Shown in pieces: positions 37,841 through 52,092 of a stretch of DNA of 64,000 nucleotides. The position numbers and the translations under genes are program-made. Source of the DNA: Callorhinchus milii (Eukaryota); the NCBI RefSeq assembly GCF_018977255.1, contig NW_024704742.1:60390001-60454000 (forward strand), given 5' to 3'. Numbering within the stretch: position 1 is the stretch's first letter; each line of letters begins with the position of its first letter. The notes below the pieces were generated by a model. It had not been told where the DNA came from and did no database searches. It saw only the letters and a list, made by a program, of their open reading frames with translations.

Positions 37841-38717
37841 AACTGAGCTTTCTCTGAAATGTCTAATTTGTTTAAGGCAAAGACACCTGATCTAAAACAA
37901 CTGAGCTGTGGGATAATTCGTGCTGCATTTAGTTTGATTTCCTTTGGCTTTTAATGAAATTTTATAGAGAATAAAGCAAGAATTAACAACACTAAAATAA
38001 TAATCTTTGTTGTGGCTCCAAAGAGTGAAGGAGTTATTTTCATTGCTGTATGGTGTAATGAGATAAACTAGGTTTTCATGCTTGAACTTCTCCAACAGTG
38101 AGATTTTAAATTTAAAGATGTCTGATGAATTAGTGAACGTTGCTCATCCCATTGGGAAGCAATGGAGAAGCTATGTTTGGTTTTGCATAGGTGGAGATTG
38201 AAATATTTCATGGAATCCAATCATATCTGTATTGGGGTGAGATGGAAGACATTTCTGTTCAGATGAGGGGAAAGCAAATTTGATTTAAAATACATATAAG
38301 ACTATGGGAATGGGAGGCCATTCAGCCCATTGAGCCTGATCCACTGGAGGTATATTTTTTTCTTGATTTACCTGAGAGTCCAGGGAGATTCTATTCATAT
38401 TATGCTCGGATAGGTGACAAAGTTAAGTGTAGGTTATGTTTCGTAGGACTGTGGATGGAATGGGATTTTATTAACCTAATAAAAGACTTTTATTGTTCCT
38501 TGGTTCTTATTTCCGAATGATTTGTGAGCAAATTTGCTCAAATGGCTATTGAAATTAGAATTTGCTTTCTTTAGTATTCTTCCTCTAGTTAAAGGTGAAT
38601 TGTTCAATCTGTTGCTTATGAGCTACTCATAATGTAAGTTTGTTTATTTTTCCTCACTCCCTCTTTTCTGTATAGCACACAATGTGGCCGCACTGTATAG
38701 TACACACTGCATAGTAT

Positions 38718-39850
38718 GTCCTCCTGGATCTCTCTGCCGCGTTTGACACAGTCGACCATGCCATCCTCCTCCACTGCCTCCTCCCTCATCCACTCGCATG
38801 GTTCGAGTTTTACTTAACCAACTGATTCCATTTCATCTCGGCAAATGGTTTCTCCTCCCGCTCCCGCCCGGTCACGTGTGGCGTACCCCAGGCTTCAATC
38901 CTTGGCCCTTTTCTTTTCCTTATCTATATGCTCCCTCTGGGTGATGTCATGCACAGACCCAGGGTGAACTACCACATATATACGGATGACACACAAATCA
39001 ACTTTGCCTCCTCCAGATCTACCGATGTTCTATCAGCTTGTCTGGTAGACATTAGGGCCTGAATGAATGTAAACTTCCAGCAGCTGAATATGGACAAGAT
39101 GGAAGCCATTCTCCTTGGCTCCCATCAATGTCTTCACTCCTGCGAATCTATTCTCAACCTCCCTGGGCTCTCCCTCAGACTCACCAAACGAGTGTACAAT
39201 CTAGGACTGCCTTCTTCCACCTCTGCCACATTGTCTGCCTCTGACTGTTCCTTACCCCAAATTCAGCTGAAACCCTTGTCCGTGCTTTTGTCACCTCCCG
39301 CTTGGATTGCTCAAATGCACTCCTCATCAGTCTCCCCAGCTCCACTGATCAAAAAATCCAGCTCATTCAGAGCTTTGCTACTTGCGTACTGACAGACCAA
39401 GCTCTGTACCCCCATCTCACCAGTTCTGGCCAGGCTCCAGTGGCTCCCCATCACCCAATGGAATGACTTCAAGATCCTCACACTCCTGTTCAAATTCCTT
39501 CACTCTCTGGCACCTCTCTACCTATTTGACCTCCTCCCAATCCACTCCTCAGTGCCTCTGCTTGACTGGCACTGGCCTCCTGCTTGTCCCTCGTACCCTC
39601 CGCCCCACCATCGGCGATCGCGCTTTCAGCCACTACGTCCCGAAAATCTGGAACACGCTCCCTCAATCCATCTGCCTTGCTCGCTCTCTCCCCCTTTTCA
39701 AGGCAAACCTGAAAACCCTCCTCTTCAACCATGCTTACAGTCATCTTCCCCCCAAACATGGCTCAGAGTCAGGCTCCACCACTCTTAAGGGCTCTGAGAC
39801 GCTACCCTGCATGGAGAGTGCTAAGTAAGTGCATGTTGTTTTGGTGTTAG
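38718..39850 (+). mobile_element. L2 LINE fragment including the RT core
   Basis: LLDLSAAFDTVDHAILL, GVPQASILGPFLF and YTDDTQ, then RAFSHYVPKIWNTLP and the tail. Confidence 0.93.
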
Positions 39851-40532
39851 GCCCACACTGTATAGTACACACTAAGAACCACACTGTATGATGCACTCCA
39901 CAATATTTGGGGTAATGAAAAGGCAGAGTTAAATGCCCCCAAATCTATTTCTGCATACAGTAGTGAAAGCTGTGACTTACTACATATTCTGTAAGCTTCC
40001 GAGCTGCAGGATGAATGAAGTTAGGTAGCATTTGGCTTGAAACTGAACATCACTATTTCTCCCCTAGAGATTTGCTGTCAGCGCACGTCAAAGAGCCCAC
40101 ACCAAACAGTTTGCTGATGGGCTTGAAAATAAAGTCATGAAATATATAAATCATAGCTGCCACAGGCAGAAAATAGCAGGAGATTAAAGAAAGCAAAGGA
40201 AATCTAAACCTACTCTCTTCCCTTCTCAAATTGTAGAGTAGAATGCTGCCTGATTAAAAGGCCTATATCTGCAAGATGTGTCGATCAATTCTTTTTCCTA
40301 CTGCTGGCACTAATAATTGGATTGCATCTGGGAGAGGTTTTGTTTAGAAAGCAACACAAATGCAGACCAGAACAAAAGTGAGATTTCAAATCAAGGGAGA
40401 GAGCTGAGATGCTGAGAACAAGGATGAAGTGAGCGAACCAGGAAACTGGGATTCCAGCCAGTGTTACCTTGTGAAACCATCTTAAAATTTAATGTCACCA
40501 AAAGTGTGTAAAATTCTTAAATTCAATTTTAT

Positions 40533-41415
40533 GTACATGTATGCGGATGACACCCAACTATACATCTCTGCCTCCACCCTGGCTGAGAGGTGATTTTATT
40601 CAGTTGAAGGTTAACAAGACCAAGGCTCTCATGATTGGCTCCCATCAGCACCTCCTCACCTCAGACACCGACAGCATCACCATCCATGGTTGCACACTCC
40701 ACCTAGCTACGCTAGTCTGGAACCTTGGCATCTTGTTTGACCCTCAACTATCTTTTCTAACACACATCTGCGCCATGACCCACCCTGCCTTCCCCCACCT
40801 CCGCAACATCATCTGGCTCCGCCAATGACTCACACCGCAGGCCACCAAAATCCTCTTACATGCTTTCATTCCATCGAGGCTTGATTATGCAAACTCATTG
40901 CTTATCGGCTTCCCCAATTCCTTCCTCCACAGGCTGCAGATCATCCATTACTCTGCAACCCGTGTCCTCTCCCACACCAGACTCTGTGACCCCATCCTGG
41001 GCTGTCTCCACTGCTTCCCATCACACTGAGGATACAGTTCAAGATCCTGGTCCTCACCTTCAAACCTGCCATGGTCTTGCTCACCCCTACTTCTGTGACC
41101 TCCTAACTGCCTACCATCCTGCTTGCTCCCTCTGCTCAGCGGGCTCCAGCCTGCTTCATGTCTACCACCTTGCTTGTCCCACTATTGTCGGGCAGGCCTT
41201 CAGCCACTCTGCCCCCACCTTCTGGAACTCCATCCCGCTGTCTCTCCATCTCAATCCCTCCCTTGCCTCCTTCATGACCCATCTCAAGACCTTCCCCTTC
41301 GACCGTGCTTTTGATCTCCCTGCTTCCCTAGCTCGAGTCCGAAACGCTGTCTGTCCAGCACCTTGGGACGTCCTCCCAATGTGAAAAGTGCTATACAAAT
41401 ATCATTTTGTTGTTA
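40533..41415 (+). mobile_element. L2 LINE 3' fragment
   Basis: MYADDTQLY, QLKVNKTK, NLGILFDPQLSF, AFSHSAPTFWNSIP; TTGTTG tail. Confidence 0.93.
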
Positions 41416-41532
41416 GTTTGGAACCAATATTTCTTAAACAGATTGAAGTGAGAAGTGCTATATCAAATGCAAGGATTATTATTATTATTACTGCTGTTGC
41501 TGCTGCTGTTGTTGTTTCTGCTGTTGTAGCCC

Positions 41533-41818
41533 AGCCTGGGCAAGTTTCCTTACTCCGCACTTTTATTTACATAGTAGTAAGTAAGAACCCGATTTTTAGT
41601 CAATCGCTTTTCTGGGGGTAACCATTCCTTCAAAATAAATAAAAATAATTTGGTCACTCAATCCACGACTGTTTATGGGACACTGCTGTGCACAATTGGC
41701 TGACAAGTTGCACCTACAAAATATACAGTCAATTCATTTCAAAGGATATCCTGTGAAGCGCATTGAGACATCTCAATGACATGATAAGGTATTATATCAA
41801 ATGCAAGGATTAATATTA
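41533..41818 (+). mobile_element. SINE family A, 5'-truncated
   Basis: CCTGGGCAAGTTTCCTTACTCC..GTAAGTAAGAACCC..Deu-like block and tail. Confidence 0.85.
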
Positions 41819-42367
41819 ATTTTTCCACGGTTCCAAAACCAACCAGCTTCCAAATTAGCTTGGAACTCAATTTGTTTTAAATTCCACACTGTCTTTAATT
41901 TGAAGACGATGGCTGTAAAACCTTATGAGATTTCAGTTTATGGTTGATCCGCTTCTCTGTGTCAACGGTCTCGCATCAACATCAATATTGAGGTCTTTAG
42001 AGCTTTTAGATGGATTACTGCACCATTAAGTTGCTTAAGATATATTAAAATCCTGTTACTAGACACTTTCATCTGGCTGCCCCACCACTTTAACTGATAT
42101 CATGGATGACTCTGAATATCATTCGCTCTGGAAAGCTACCCTGCATGAAAAGTGCTATATAAATGCTTGTTGTTGTTGACTCTGTCTTAACTCCATAGTG
42201 GGTTGCAATTGTGATCACTTGTATCTCTGTCAAACAGTATTGTTCTACAGAGTTAATGACTGGTTTCAATGGTAGAAGCAATTTCTCAAGCAAAGATTCC
42301 TCCATCTTGCTCTCAGTCTAATGTTAACATCATCTCAAGAGTCACATCAGTCAGTACAAGTTCAAAT

Positions 42368-42600
42368 AACAACAACGAGTATTTATATAGCACACCTCAC
42401 ACAGGGTGGTGGTGCAGAGCAGTTGAGAGTGGTAGAACATGACGCCGAGCCTGGAGGAGTGGGGAAGTGACTGTAGGCATGATCGAAGAGGAAGTTCTTC
42501 AGGTGCAATCTGAAGATGGCAAATGAGGGGCAAGATGGACAGATAGACAAAGAGTATTCAGAGTTTCGGAGCAAAGTGGCTGAAAGCACGGCCACCGCTT
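42368..42600 (-). mobile_element. L2 LINE 3' end
   Basis: (AAC)n tail; FRLHLKNFLFDHAY. Confidence 0.8.
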
Positions 42601-45600
42601 TCAGACTTGTCCTTGCTTTCATATTCAAAACATGAAGATGTGTGAAACTACTCGTCTGAACTGATTTAGAGCTCAGCTCTAGCCTGGCTCCACCCAGGTA
42701 CTGACTGCAATGAAATTGCATTAAGATTGCTTCAAAGAATAAGGATGATTTAAAGTTTACTGCGGAGACAGTGGCTGGATAGAAATTAAAAGAAGGAAAA
42801 TATTGATTCAGACCATTAAAAAGACATACACGTGAAATAATGCAACACTAAGTATATAAGTGTATGTCTTCCCATAATAAAAATCAAATTAATTACTTTT
42901 ACAACTAAGTAGTTAAGTGCAGGGATGATATCACATATTCAGAGGCATAAATGTGCACATAGCATTCAATACATTGCTATGTACAGAAATTTTGCCTCTC
43001 GAGTATTGCATATTACTCATTATTAATGAGGCAATTTAAATATTGGACTTAATTTCTTGCTTGGTTTAGCCACAGTTCAATACTCTGATGTACAAGTAAA
43101 ATTGAGAGCAGGAGCTGGAGTTTCATCATCCAAGAATCTTTTTTTGGGATCCTTTGCTTAATTTTCTCTAGGGATGTGTTGTTGGGATCCTTTCGGGATT
43201 TACAGACCTTGGAGCTTCAATCAGGTATTTTATTTTGTGAGAAATTCAGCTCCTGGATGAATGTGTGGAATTTAATTATCCTGCGTGGAAGTCGTTCACA
43301 CTCAACAAACTGTAATAGATAACAGGGTGAGGAGGAAACTGAAAATGCATGTACAGAAGAGAAACTTTTGACCCACTGTATCTACCACTGTTTGGTTCTC
43401 TAAATCGTGTTTTTTTTCATCCATTTCCATTGATTTTATAGCAATCCAACAATTTCTCTTTTGACTTCTTCAGTGTATAGCCTTTAGTTATTGACTTAAT
43501 GTATATCAATGTTTACATTCAACCTATTAAGAAGGACTTCACCCCAATATGTAAAAATGTTTCAGTCTAGTTCAATCACTTGTAAGACCTTTGAAACTTA
43601 CAGCACAGGAAAAGGCAATTTAGTTAATTGTCTGTGCTGGTACTTTGAAAGAGCGATCCATTCAGTCCCATTTACCTGCCTTTTCTCTATACCCATAAAA
43701 ATTACCCTATATCCCTATAAATTACCTAGTTATATAAATCGCTCCACATAACAATATTGTAACAATAGCTAAATTATGTAAAATTAGCACAAATCAAACA
43801 ACAGCTGTTCTAAAAAAGCAACATTTGTTTTACTTTCCACCTCTCCTGCCCTTAAAGGTGTTCAAACACACAGAACGAACATTGCTGATGGAAAACTGAA
43901 TACCTGCATCAGGATACAGTGTGATTGCATCTGAGTTATGTCTGTAATAAGAGAGGCAAGACTCCCATTATGAATAATATGTAAGAATGATTCTCACCAA
44001 TGATTTATACTTCCACCATTTGGGAATTAAATGCCATCAACTCCAAAACTATGCTCTCAGTTTGTCTCATTCTTTGTATACCATAAACTACTTGGGCATT
44101 GTGTTTCCTCTATTTAAGTGTACTCTTCTTATCAATCAATGTATGAGTTTGTTGTATTGTGTTCAGTCAATTTCTTGTTTGGATTGGTGTGGGAATTATA
44201 AAAACAACCATGGTTATGATACACCTCCAGAGGGCTGCTCTATTGTCACACCCAATTTTTATGCTTTGCTGTGGAGTCAATCTCTTAGGAAAGTTCAGCA
44301 AAAGCTATTCCCTAACCCTGAGAGACGTTTTCATCATCATCCTTTGGAGTATAGACCATCTGGACAGACCAGTCATATGAGCCAACAGCAGGAGGCTGCT
44401 CAGCAGTCATGAAGGAGCTCAATGCTTGTACCTTTTCAGAATATAAGGGAGGATGGTAGGTAGGTCATTAAATGAGTAGACCTTAGGATTTATAAGCTTG
44501 TGACCTTGCAACGTCACGGTCAGTCAAAAAAACCTCAATAAATACAAACCTTTTATAATCAGTGGTCAGCAAATTAGAATTATATGATCCTCTTGATCTA
44601 CATAAAACTGTCTAATCTATATGTGCTGATTGGAGCTCAACATCCTGGAAAGAAAACTTGCGTTTGATATAGTGCCTTTATATCAGGAGGATGTCTCAAA
44701 GCGCTTCACAGAATTCTCTGTAAAATGTATAGACTGTATTTTGTAGACAGAATCAGAAAAATGAAAACTTATTCTACAGATATTGTCAAATCCTTCATAT
44801 GTGAAGATCCTGATCAAGAGAGGAGTGCACAGTTTATCATTAACATAAACTGTCCAAAACTCTAATCTATGTGAAAGACACTATATACATCTAAGTTACT
44901 GTTGCAGTTGTTACCTGATGTGAGATTTTGTTTTGTACAATAACTTGAACAATCCACGAATGCATCATTTTCACAATGAAACTATTTCAGAAGACAGAGT
45001 CAGATATTAATTTACTCCAGGCAAAGGAAGTAGTTCTGGGAACAGGACATTATACTTGAGGATTTATTATAAACCTTAAATAAATAATGAGGCCATATTA
45101 AAGAAGATTTTATGAGCAATGTTGTGCTAATATTATTTATTCCAACTAAAGCCGAGTTTATTTATCATTCATAGTGACAGGCACTCTATGTAAGAGGCTG
45201 CTATTATTTCAGCTTCAGCAGTTGGGCAATCACCTTTTCAAGTCAGGATCAGTGCCTTCAAAGTGGTTTGTTATCCTGTATATTTCATTTGTGTTTCTTG
45301 CTGTGCTGCAGATTTTCACTTGCAGATCATTAGTTTGTTTTTTTTATTCCTCTACAGTTCTAGGGAATTTGGCATTTTTATTAAATTGGTTTGACAATGA
45401 CAGCCCAGTTGTTCTCTGTAGCAAGCGATATTTCAGTGCTTAGGGTGTCTGCTTTGATTTTACAATGTGTAATCAGAAGATAAACTCCGTCACACTGGAA
45501 TCTGGTGCTCTGCATCTTGTCTCTTTTATTGCCAACAAAGTAATAAGTTGCTTCATTTGCATATGGCAGGTAGATCAGTATCAATATGTACAAAATTGCA

Positions 45601-45714
45601 ATGATTCTGTTAGGTTAACTTATTACTGTCTGTAAGTTAACACTCAGTGAAACCAATATTCTCACTTCAAACCAATAAGTAACCTTGTCAAAAAACATCT
45701 TTATCAATCAGTTG

Positions 45715-47710
45715 TCTGCCTGGCTCAGTTGGTGGCAATCTTGCCTTTGAATCAGAAAGCTATAGGTTCAAAACCATTTGATGTAGTGCCTTTCAGGTCT
45801 GGAGGATGCCTAAAAGTGCTTCATAGGATTTTATTATAAGGTGTAGTGCATTTTGTAGGCAAACATGACAGCTGCTTTGGACACAACAAAGTCCCACAAA
45901 TAACCTTGAAGTTATTTGAACGACCATTTTTTTCTGTTGGCCAGAACATGAGGAGAAACTCCCTTCTCTTTTCAATTAGTGCCTTAGGATCTTTAAATTC
46001 CAATTGAACAGTCAGATGGGACCTCAGCTTAATGTCTCACTCAAAGAATGGCAACTCCAACAAGGCAGAACATCCCAGCACTGTAATGGATTGTTCCTCT
46101 TGTAAATATTAAAGATCCCATGACATAGTCAAAAAAGAAAATGAAGTTTCTTCCCTACCCTGACCAACAATCCTCCAGATAAATTGATCATTCACCTCAT
46201 AGCTATTTATCGGACCAAGCTGCCATATTTCCTTACATACATGGTCGCTAAACCTGACATCAGTTACTTGTGAACCACTGAGATGTTTTGACATTATAAG
46301 GTGCTATAAAAATCCAAGTTCTTCTCTATAAAATAAAGTCTCTTGAAGCCAGTGAAATGATTGATGAAAATGTCGATTGAGCTTGTTTAAGGCCTTGTTG
46401 AATACCATTTGAAAGGATCAAAGACAATGCTATGCACATGTAAATGCAATTGCAACAGTAGGTTGTTTACTCTAGGCCAGACCTGGAGTCAGTGAGCTGT
46501 ACAGAAGCTAATAGTATATGGCAGGAGACATTCAAAGCGTGGCTGAGAAAACATCAATACATTTTCAGTTTCTGGATCCCACTGGCATCTAATTTACTGT
46601 ATATTTTAAAGGGAATCTTTGATCAGGTTAGCATGGCTATTTCCTGTTCCTGGAATGAGTATTTAGAGGCACTCTGATGCCTTATTAAGAGATACCAAAA
46701 TTTAAAGTCCATAGTCATTTATGATAATAATGATAATCTTTGCATTTGATATTGTGCCTTTCACGTCTCAAAGTCTTTCAGGATTTATCGTAAAGTGTAA
46801 TGACTTTTTTTGTAAGATGAACGCGGCAACCAATTTATGTGTATCCTGTGTAATAACACAGCATCTTCAACATCCATCTGAAAAGGCAGAAGAAAAGGAT
46901 CCAAAGGATAGCACCTTTAACAATAAAGCACACCCTCAGTATTGCATAGGGGTGTCAGCCTAGACTTTGAATTTCAAGTCTTGACCTGGGGCTAGCCCAA
47001 AACTTTCTGACTCAGAGAAGAGAACGCTATCAACTGAGCCAGGCTGACATATAAACCCACTGGCTCCTTAAGTGGCTTCTCCTTCTGCCCTCGCATGATC
47101 ATACACAGTCAAACGTGAAAGGTGCTATAAAATGCAAGTCATTACTCTTTCTGTTGTAAGGAGATGGGTTGGGGAGTTCAATAATATTAATACAAGACAA
47201 GCAGAGCTCCTATAATCATGGTGCAACTAGGATTGTTAATATGACGATTCAGAAATGGACAGTGACAGGTTTACCTTCTGCAGACAGTAATTATTTGGGG
47301 AAGTTCAAATTAAGTAAGAAAAGTAACATACATTCAAGTGTAACATGGCAGTGTTATTAGTCTGGCTGACCCATCACTGAAAACTACTTGGAAACTACCT
47401 TTACAGAGTGATCTATACTGAAATAGCATGATAATTATTATAATTGTTATGATAAATAATCCTTGCATTTGTTGGGAGAATGTCTCAAAGTACTTTACAG
47501 GATATGTGTAAAGTGGAGTGGTTGTGTCTTTTGGTGACAAACATAGCAGCTAATTTGCAAGCAACAATGTCCCCGAAACAGTGAATGATCTATAATATCT
47601 GGGCAACTGTTGGCTAGAACATCAGGAGAAACTTCCTTCTGTTTTTGAAGAGTTACACTGGGATCTTTAACATCCACCTGAACAGGTAAAATGGGACCCC
47701 GATGTAATGG
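45715..47710. mobile_element. Cluster of DeuSINE fragments in both orientations
   Basis: Deu blocks or heads at ~45715(+), 45780-46090(-), 46110-46325(+), 46720-47050(-) and 47455-47710(-). Confidence 0.78.
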
Positions 47711-48543
47711 CCTATGTGAAGGTAATGTGCAGCTAGGAAATTTGTGAAGGCACTTTAATGCTTTAAAATGAAAGCCTGTGATGCAGAATAAGAACATAGA
47801 AATGTACATGACCAGAAAAGACCATTGCGCCACTTGTTCTCTATAGACAGAACTATACACCAGAGAAAAATGAAAAGAAGCTCACCAATCTCACTTTTCA
47901 GACTGTCATAGTGGCATCAGCAAGCTTGCAGGTCCTGTATAGATTTTTTTTAATTGGAATTCTAAACCCTATAAAATCCTACATAATCAGTACCCATTTA
48001 ATCACCCAAGACAATGGTATTGTACCAAAGTAAGTGATTTTTTTTGCTGATTGTGGTTAAAAAAAAGTTTAGTTTATCTTGTGTGTTACCTCCCTCTCTC
48101 CCTCCTCCCTGTCCTTTGCTCAGTGTCCAACAGACAGTGTGCAGCAATCTGAGATGCTATATGCCTTAACACACTATATGAATGCAAACTGCTTTTGCAT
48201 TGAATATTCCAGATAAGCCCTGAATTGTTACCATCCAGATAAACAATTGAGAGCATCAACTGTTGTGTATATTGTTGGAGAAAAGAGCGTGAAAAATGAA
48301 GTTTTCTAAATATAATTTTGGATGTTTATGATTTATTAATTAAAGCTTAAGGTAGTTAGCTGAGTGTGTGAGGGAAAGAGGTAAATCTCCAGGCTAAAAT
48401 CACTGATGCATATTCAATAAGTCACTGATTTTTGAGCCCCCATAGTGCAGACGTGATTCTTTCTTTCTAGTCTCTAGAATAGAATATAAATAGAACATAA
48501 ATATAAATGCAAGCTGTTCAGACGAATCCATATTGTTACAGGT

Positions 48544-48975
48544 GTCAGCCTGGTTTAGTTAGTAGCACTCTTGCCTTTGAGTCAGAGAGTTGTGGGTCCA
48601 ATGCCAGGATTTTGAACTCTCACAGTCTGGATTCCAGACTGACATTCCAGTGCAGTGCTTGGAGGTGCTGCATTGTCAGAGATGCCATCCTTTCGATGAG
48701 ACTTTAAACAAAGATCTTGTCAACCTGGTCAGATGGACGTTAAATATCCCATAGTATTATTTAAAAAGAGAAAGGTGTTTCTCCTGGTGTCCTGGCCAAT
48801 GATCCCAAATACAAAATTGATTACTCGCTCCATAGTTGTCAGTGGGATATATTGCACAAATTGGCTGCCACGTTCACCAACAAAATATTCATTCACTATA
48901 TTTTACAGTAGAAGTGTAGCACTTTGAGACATCTCAACAACATGATAAAGCACTGTATCAAATGCAAATATTATT
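48544..48975 (+). mobile_element. DeuSINE (family B), full length
   Basis: Complete head, Deu domain and tail. Confidence 0.88.
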
Positions 48976-49009
48976 ACGTTACTGTTCTTAAAATGTTCAG
49001 ATGAATCAA

Positions 49010-50020
49010 TTACATTTGTAAAGCGCTTTTTACGTCAGGAGGATGTCCCAAGAAGCTGGACAGTCAGGGTTTTGGACCCGAGTGAGGGGGCGATTGGGAT
49101 AAGGGAGGGTGGAGGGTAGGAGGTTGGCTGAAGGTGCGGTCGAAGTGGAAGATCTTCAGATGTGCCTTGAAGGAGGCAAGGGAGGGAGTGAGACGAGGGG
49201 AATCTGGGATGGAGTTCCAAAGAGTGGGGATAGAGAGGCTGAAAGCCCGACTGCCAATCGTGGAGGGAGCAGACAGGTTCATATGGGGTCAGCAAGTCGC
49301 AGAGGTAGGAAAGAACAAAGCCATGGAGGGCTTTGAAGGCAAGGATGAGTATTTTGAACTCTATCCTCTGAGAGATGGGGAGCCAGTGGTGCCGGGTGAG
49401 GGTGGGGGTGAGGAGGTCATGGAGCCTGGTGTGGGAGAGGACATTAGCTGCAGAGTTCTCAATGATCTGCAGCTTGTGGAGGAAAGAGTTGGGAAGGCTG
49501 ATAAGTAGCACATTGACGTAGTCGAGCCTGGTTGGGATGAACGTGTGGATGATGGTTTTGGTGGCCTGAGGGGTGAGACAGTGGTAGATCTGGGCAATGC
49601 TGAGAAGGTGGGGGAAGGCAGAACAGGTCATAGCATGGATGTGAGGGTAGAATGCATAGTTGAGATGAAATAATGGATGGTGATGCTGTCAATGCCTGAG
49701 GTTTGGAGGCGCTGACGGGAGCCAATCAGGAGAGCCTCGGTCTTGTTGTCGTTCAATTGTAGAAACTTAGCTCTCATCCAAGACAGAACAGCAGTGGTCC
49801 TGGAGTTAAAGATGGAAGCAGAGAGATAGAGTTGAGTGTCAAACATGTAGAGGTTGACCCCATGTCTGCGGATGATGTCACCAAGAGGGAGCAAGTACAT
49901 GTTGAAGAGGAGAGGACCATGAGTAAAAGTGCGTGAGACTGTGTGGGGGCTGGAGGAGAAGCCATTTGTGGAGACAAAGTGGAGACGGTATGAGAGCTAG
50001 GATCTGAACCACTCAAGGAC
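49010..50020 (-). mobile_element. L2 LINE fragment (RT C-half to 3' end)
   Basis: LPLGDIIRRHGV..DTQLY..LQLNDNKTE and RLDYVN..HWLPISQRIEFKIL. Confidence 0.93.
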
Positions 50021-50893
50021 AGAATTATTGTTACAGTATTGTTGTTCCTTTGTTCAGAGGAATTCAAAAGACTGGAATTTAAACTTTTTTTTGTTGTTAT
50101 CTGATGAGAGTCACCCCTACAACTGAGTTTTCAAAAAAGAAAACTCTCTTGTTATAACTTCCACACACACACAGACACATTTGAGCACAGTTACTGGATA
50201 ATATGTTTGTGTGCTTGTTTGTGTTTGGGGAATGAACATTTCAGTAGCGCAGGCCATGAATTGTGTTAGCTGGATCAGTGGTTTTATATTCCTTTTATTT
50301 TTATCCTGAAATTGCCCTTTGCAACTTTAAACATTGTCCTTGTATTCTACTGTCTTGGTCCTTCCTAAAGTATTGTTCTGGGTTTACTTTTTCAATCCCA
50401 TTTAATGGCACAATTTGTCTAGCGCCCTGCATACAATATACAATCAGATCCAGTTAAGTACTGCCCAAGTTTCCAATATTAGAAGACTGCTGGCAAAACA
50501 AGATGTTTCAACCACAATAAAAAATCCTGGCAGCATTGGTATTTCTAAACGATTACATTAAAGCTCAAAAGAGAAAAGTTGACACTATTTCCATGATTTA
50601 TGTGCATTTAGAAAGTTCTTCCATGATTATTACTACTTATCAGTTCTTATTAGCTGTATAATCCATGACCTTATAACTTATGCATAGGTTATTATGGGCT
50701 TTCAAGTGGAACAATCACTGTATCCTGTAGTACAATTACACATACCTCAGCAAAAAAAGATTTTTTTCAGATTAAATGCATACTAGCATAACGTCAAATT
50801 CTTTCTCCGTTGCACAATCTTTTAAAGAACAGTGTCTTTTTTCCAAGGAGCGGATTGTTAAATATTCAGAGAATAGGGGAAGTAAGGACAGTA

Positions 50894-50916
50894 ATATATA
50901 TATATATATATATATA
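50894..50916. repeat. (TA)n microsatellite
   Basis: Direct inspection. Confidence 0.95.
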
Positions 50917-51807
50917 GAGTGAGGCATTCCATACTAATTTGTGCTTCAGTGATCTGAATTGCATCAAGGGGGCTTTCGATGGAGGGATCCATGTATTAAT
51001 GTTTTAATGAATTATTATGAACAAGCTCTTACGTGCCAAGGGCAAAACAACATTTATTTTTAAAGAAGCAATGGCAGGATTATATTTTGCAAAATCATAA
51101 AGTTTGGCATGCCAGTGCAAAAGAGGACTCTAGTTTCCAGTATTTTTGCAGTTATTCAATCATAACATCGCTAGCCTCTGGAACTCCTTGCCTCTATTGT
51201 TCTGCTTTGCCTTTGTTATGTCTTTAAATCCCTTTCAACCTATCTCCTCGACCATGCCTATGGTTACCTTCCCCTCCCTTTCTGTCTTGCTTGGCATTCA
51301 GTCCCCACTGCTGTGAGGCTTTATCCTACATGAAGTGCACTATATGAATGCAAGCTGTTTTTTTAGTGGGATCTCTCAATAAGGAATATGGTTTGGATTC
51401 TCACTTCACACACAAAATACAGTCAATCCACTTTACAATGTATTTCTATGAAGCGCTTTGAGATGTCTCAACTATATGATAAGATACTATCACATACAAG
51501 GAATATTATTATGATGATTACTTGCCTGTAAGAAGTAATCGTAGGAGACTCAGTCTCAGTAGACTATGGTGGAGTTCCTATGGATCTGCAAGATATATTC
51601 CAATTACCAAAAGGAGATTACGACCTTTGCACTTGGGATACCATTTTAAGGAATCCTGTTAATACATAACACAAAAACATAGATCCCTGCCCTCCAGAGA
51701 TATATATAAATTTAAACGTCTAACAGCACTGAATGTTAATCTTCAACACAAGATTGTCTTCAAAATAGCGGTCCCCACCAACAAATAGCAAAGCTCAATT
51801 ATGTAAT

Positions 51808-52092
51808 ACTAATCCTTACATTTAATATAGAGCCTTATTACATCTTTGAGGCCTCTCAAAGCGTTTCACAGAATATACTGTAAATTGAAATGACTGTATA
51901 TTTTGTGGGCTAAATACAGCAGCCAATTGTCACACAGCAGTGTCCTACAATTAGTTGTGAATTGAGTGACCAAATTATTTTTTTTTGGAAGGACTGTTAC
52001 CCCGGGAAAAGCGATTCTCCAATTGACTAACAACCGAGCTCCTACTTACTGCTGGGTAAACAGAGGCGTGTGGAGTAAGGAAACTTGCCTAA
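51808..52092 (-). mobile_element. SINE family A, long form, 5'-truncated
   Basis: Reverse complement of GGCAAGTTTCCTTACTCCACACGCCTCTGTTTACCCAGCAGTAAGTAGG through to the tail. Confidence 0.88.

Noticed and set aside
38525..38540. 16-bp palindrome TGAGCAAATTTGCTCA (and short inverted repeats at ~52096 and ~55473)
   Set aside because: Short enough to be expected by chance or as junction scars in 64 kb of AT-rich DNA.
43987..44412. 141-aa ORF
   Set aside because: No recognisable motif or supporting gene structure; compatible with chance.
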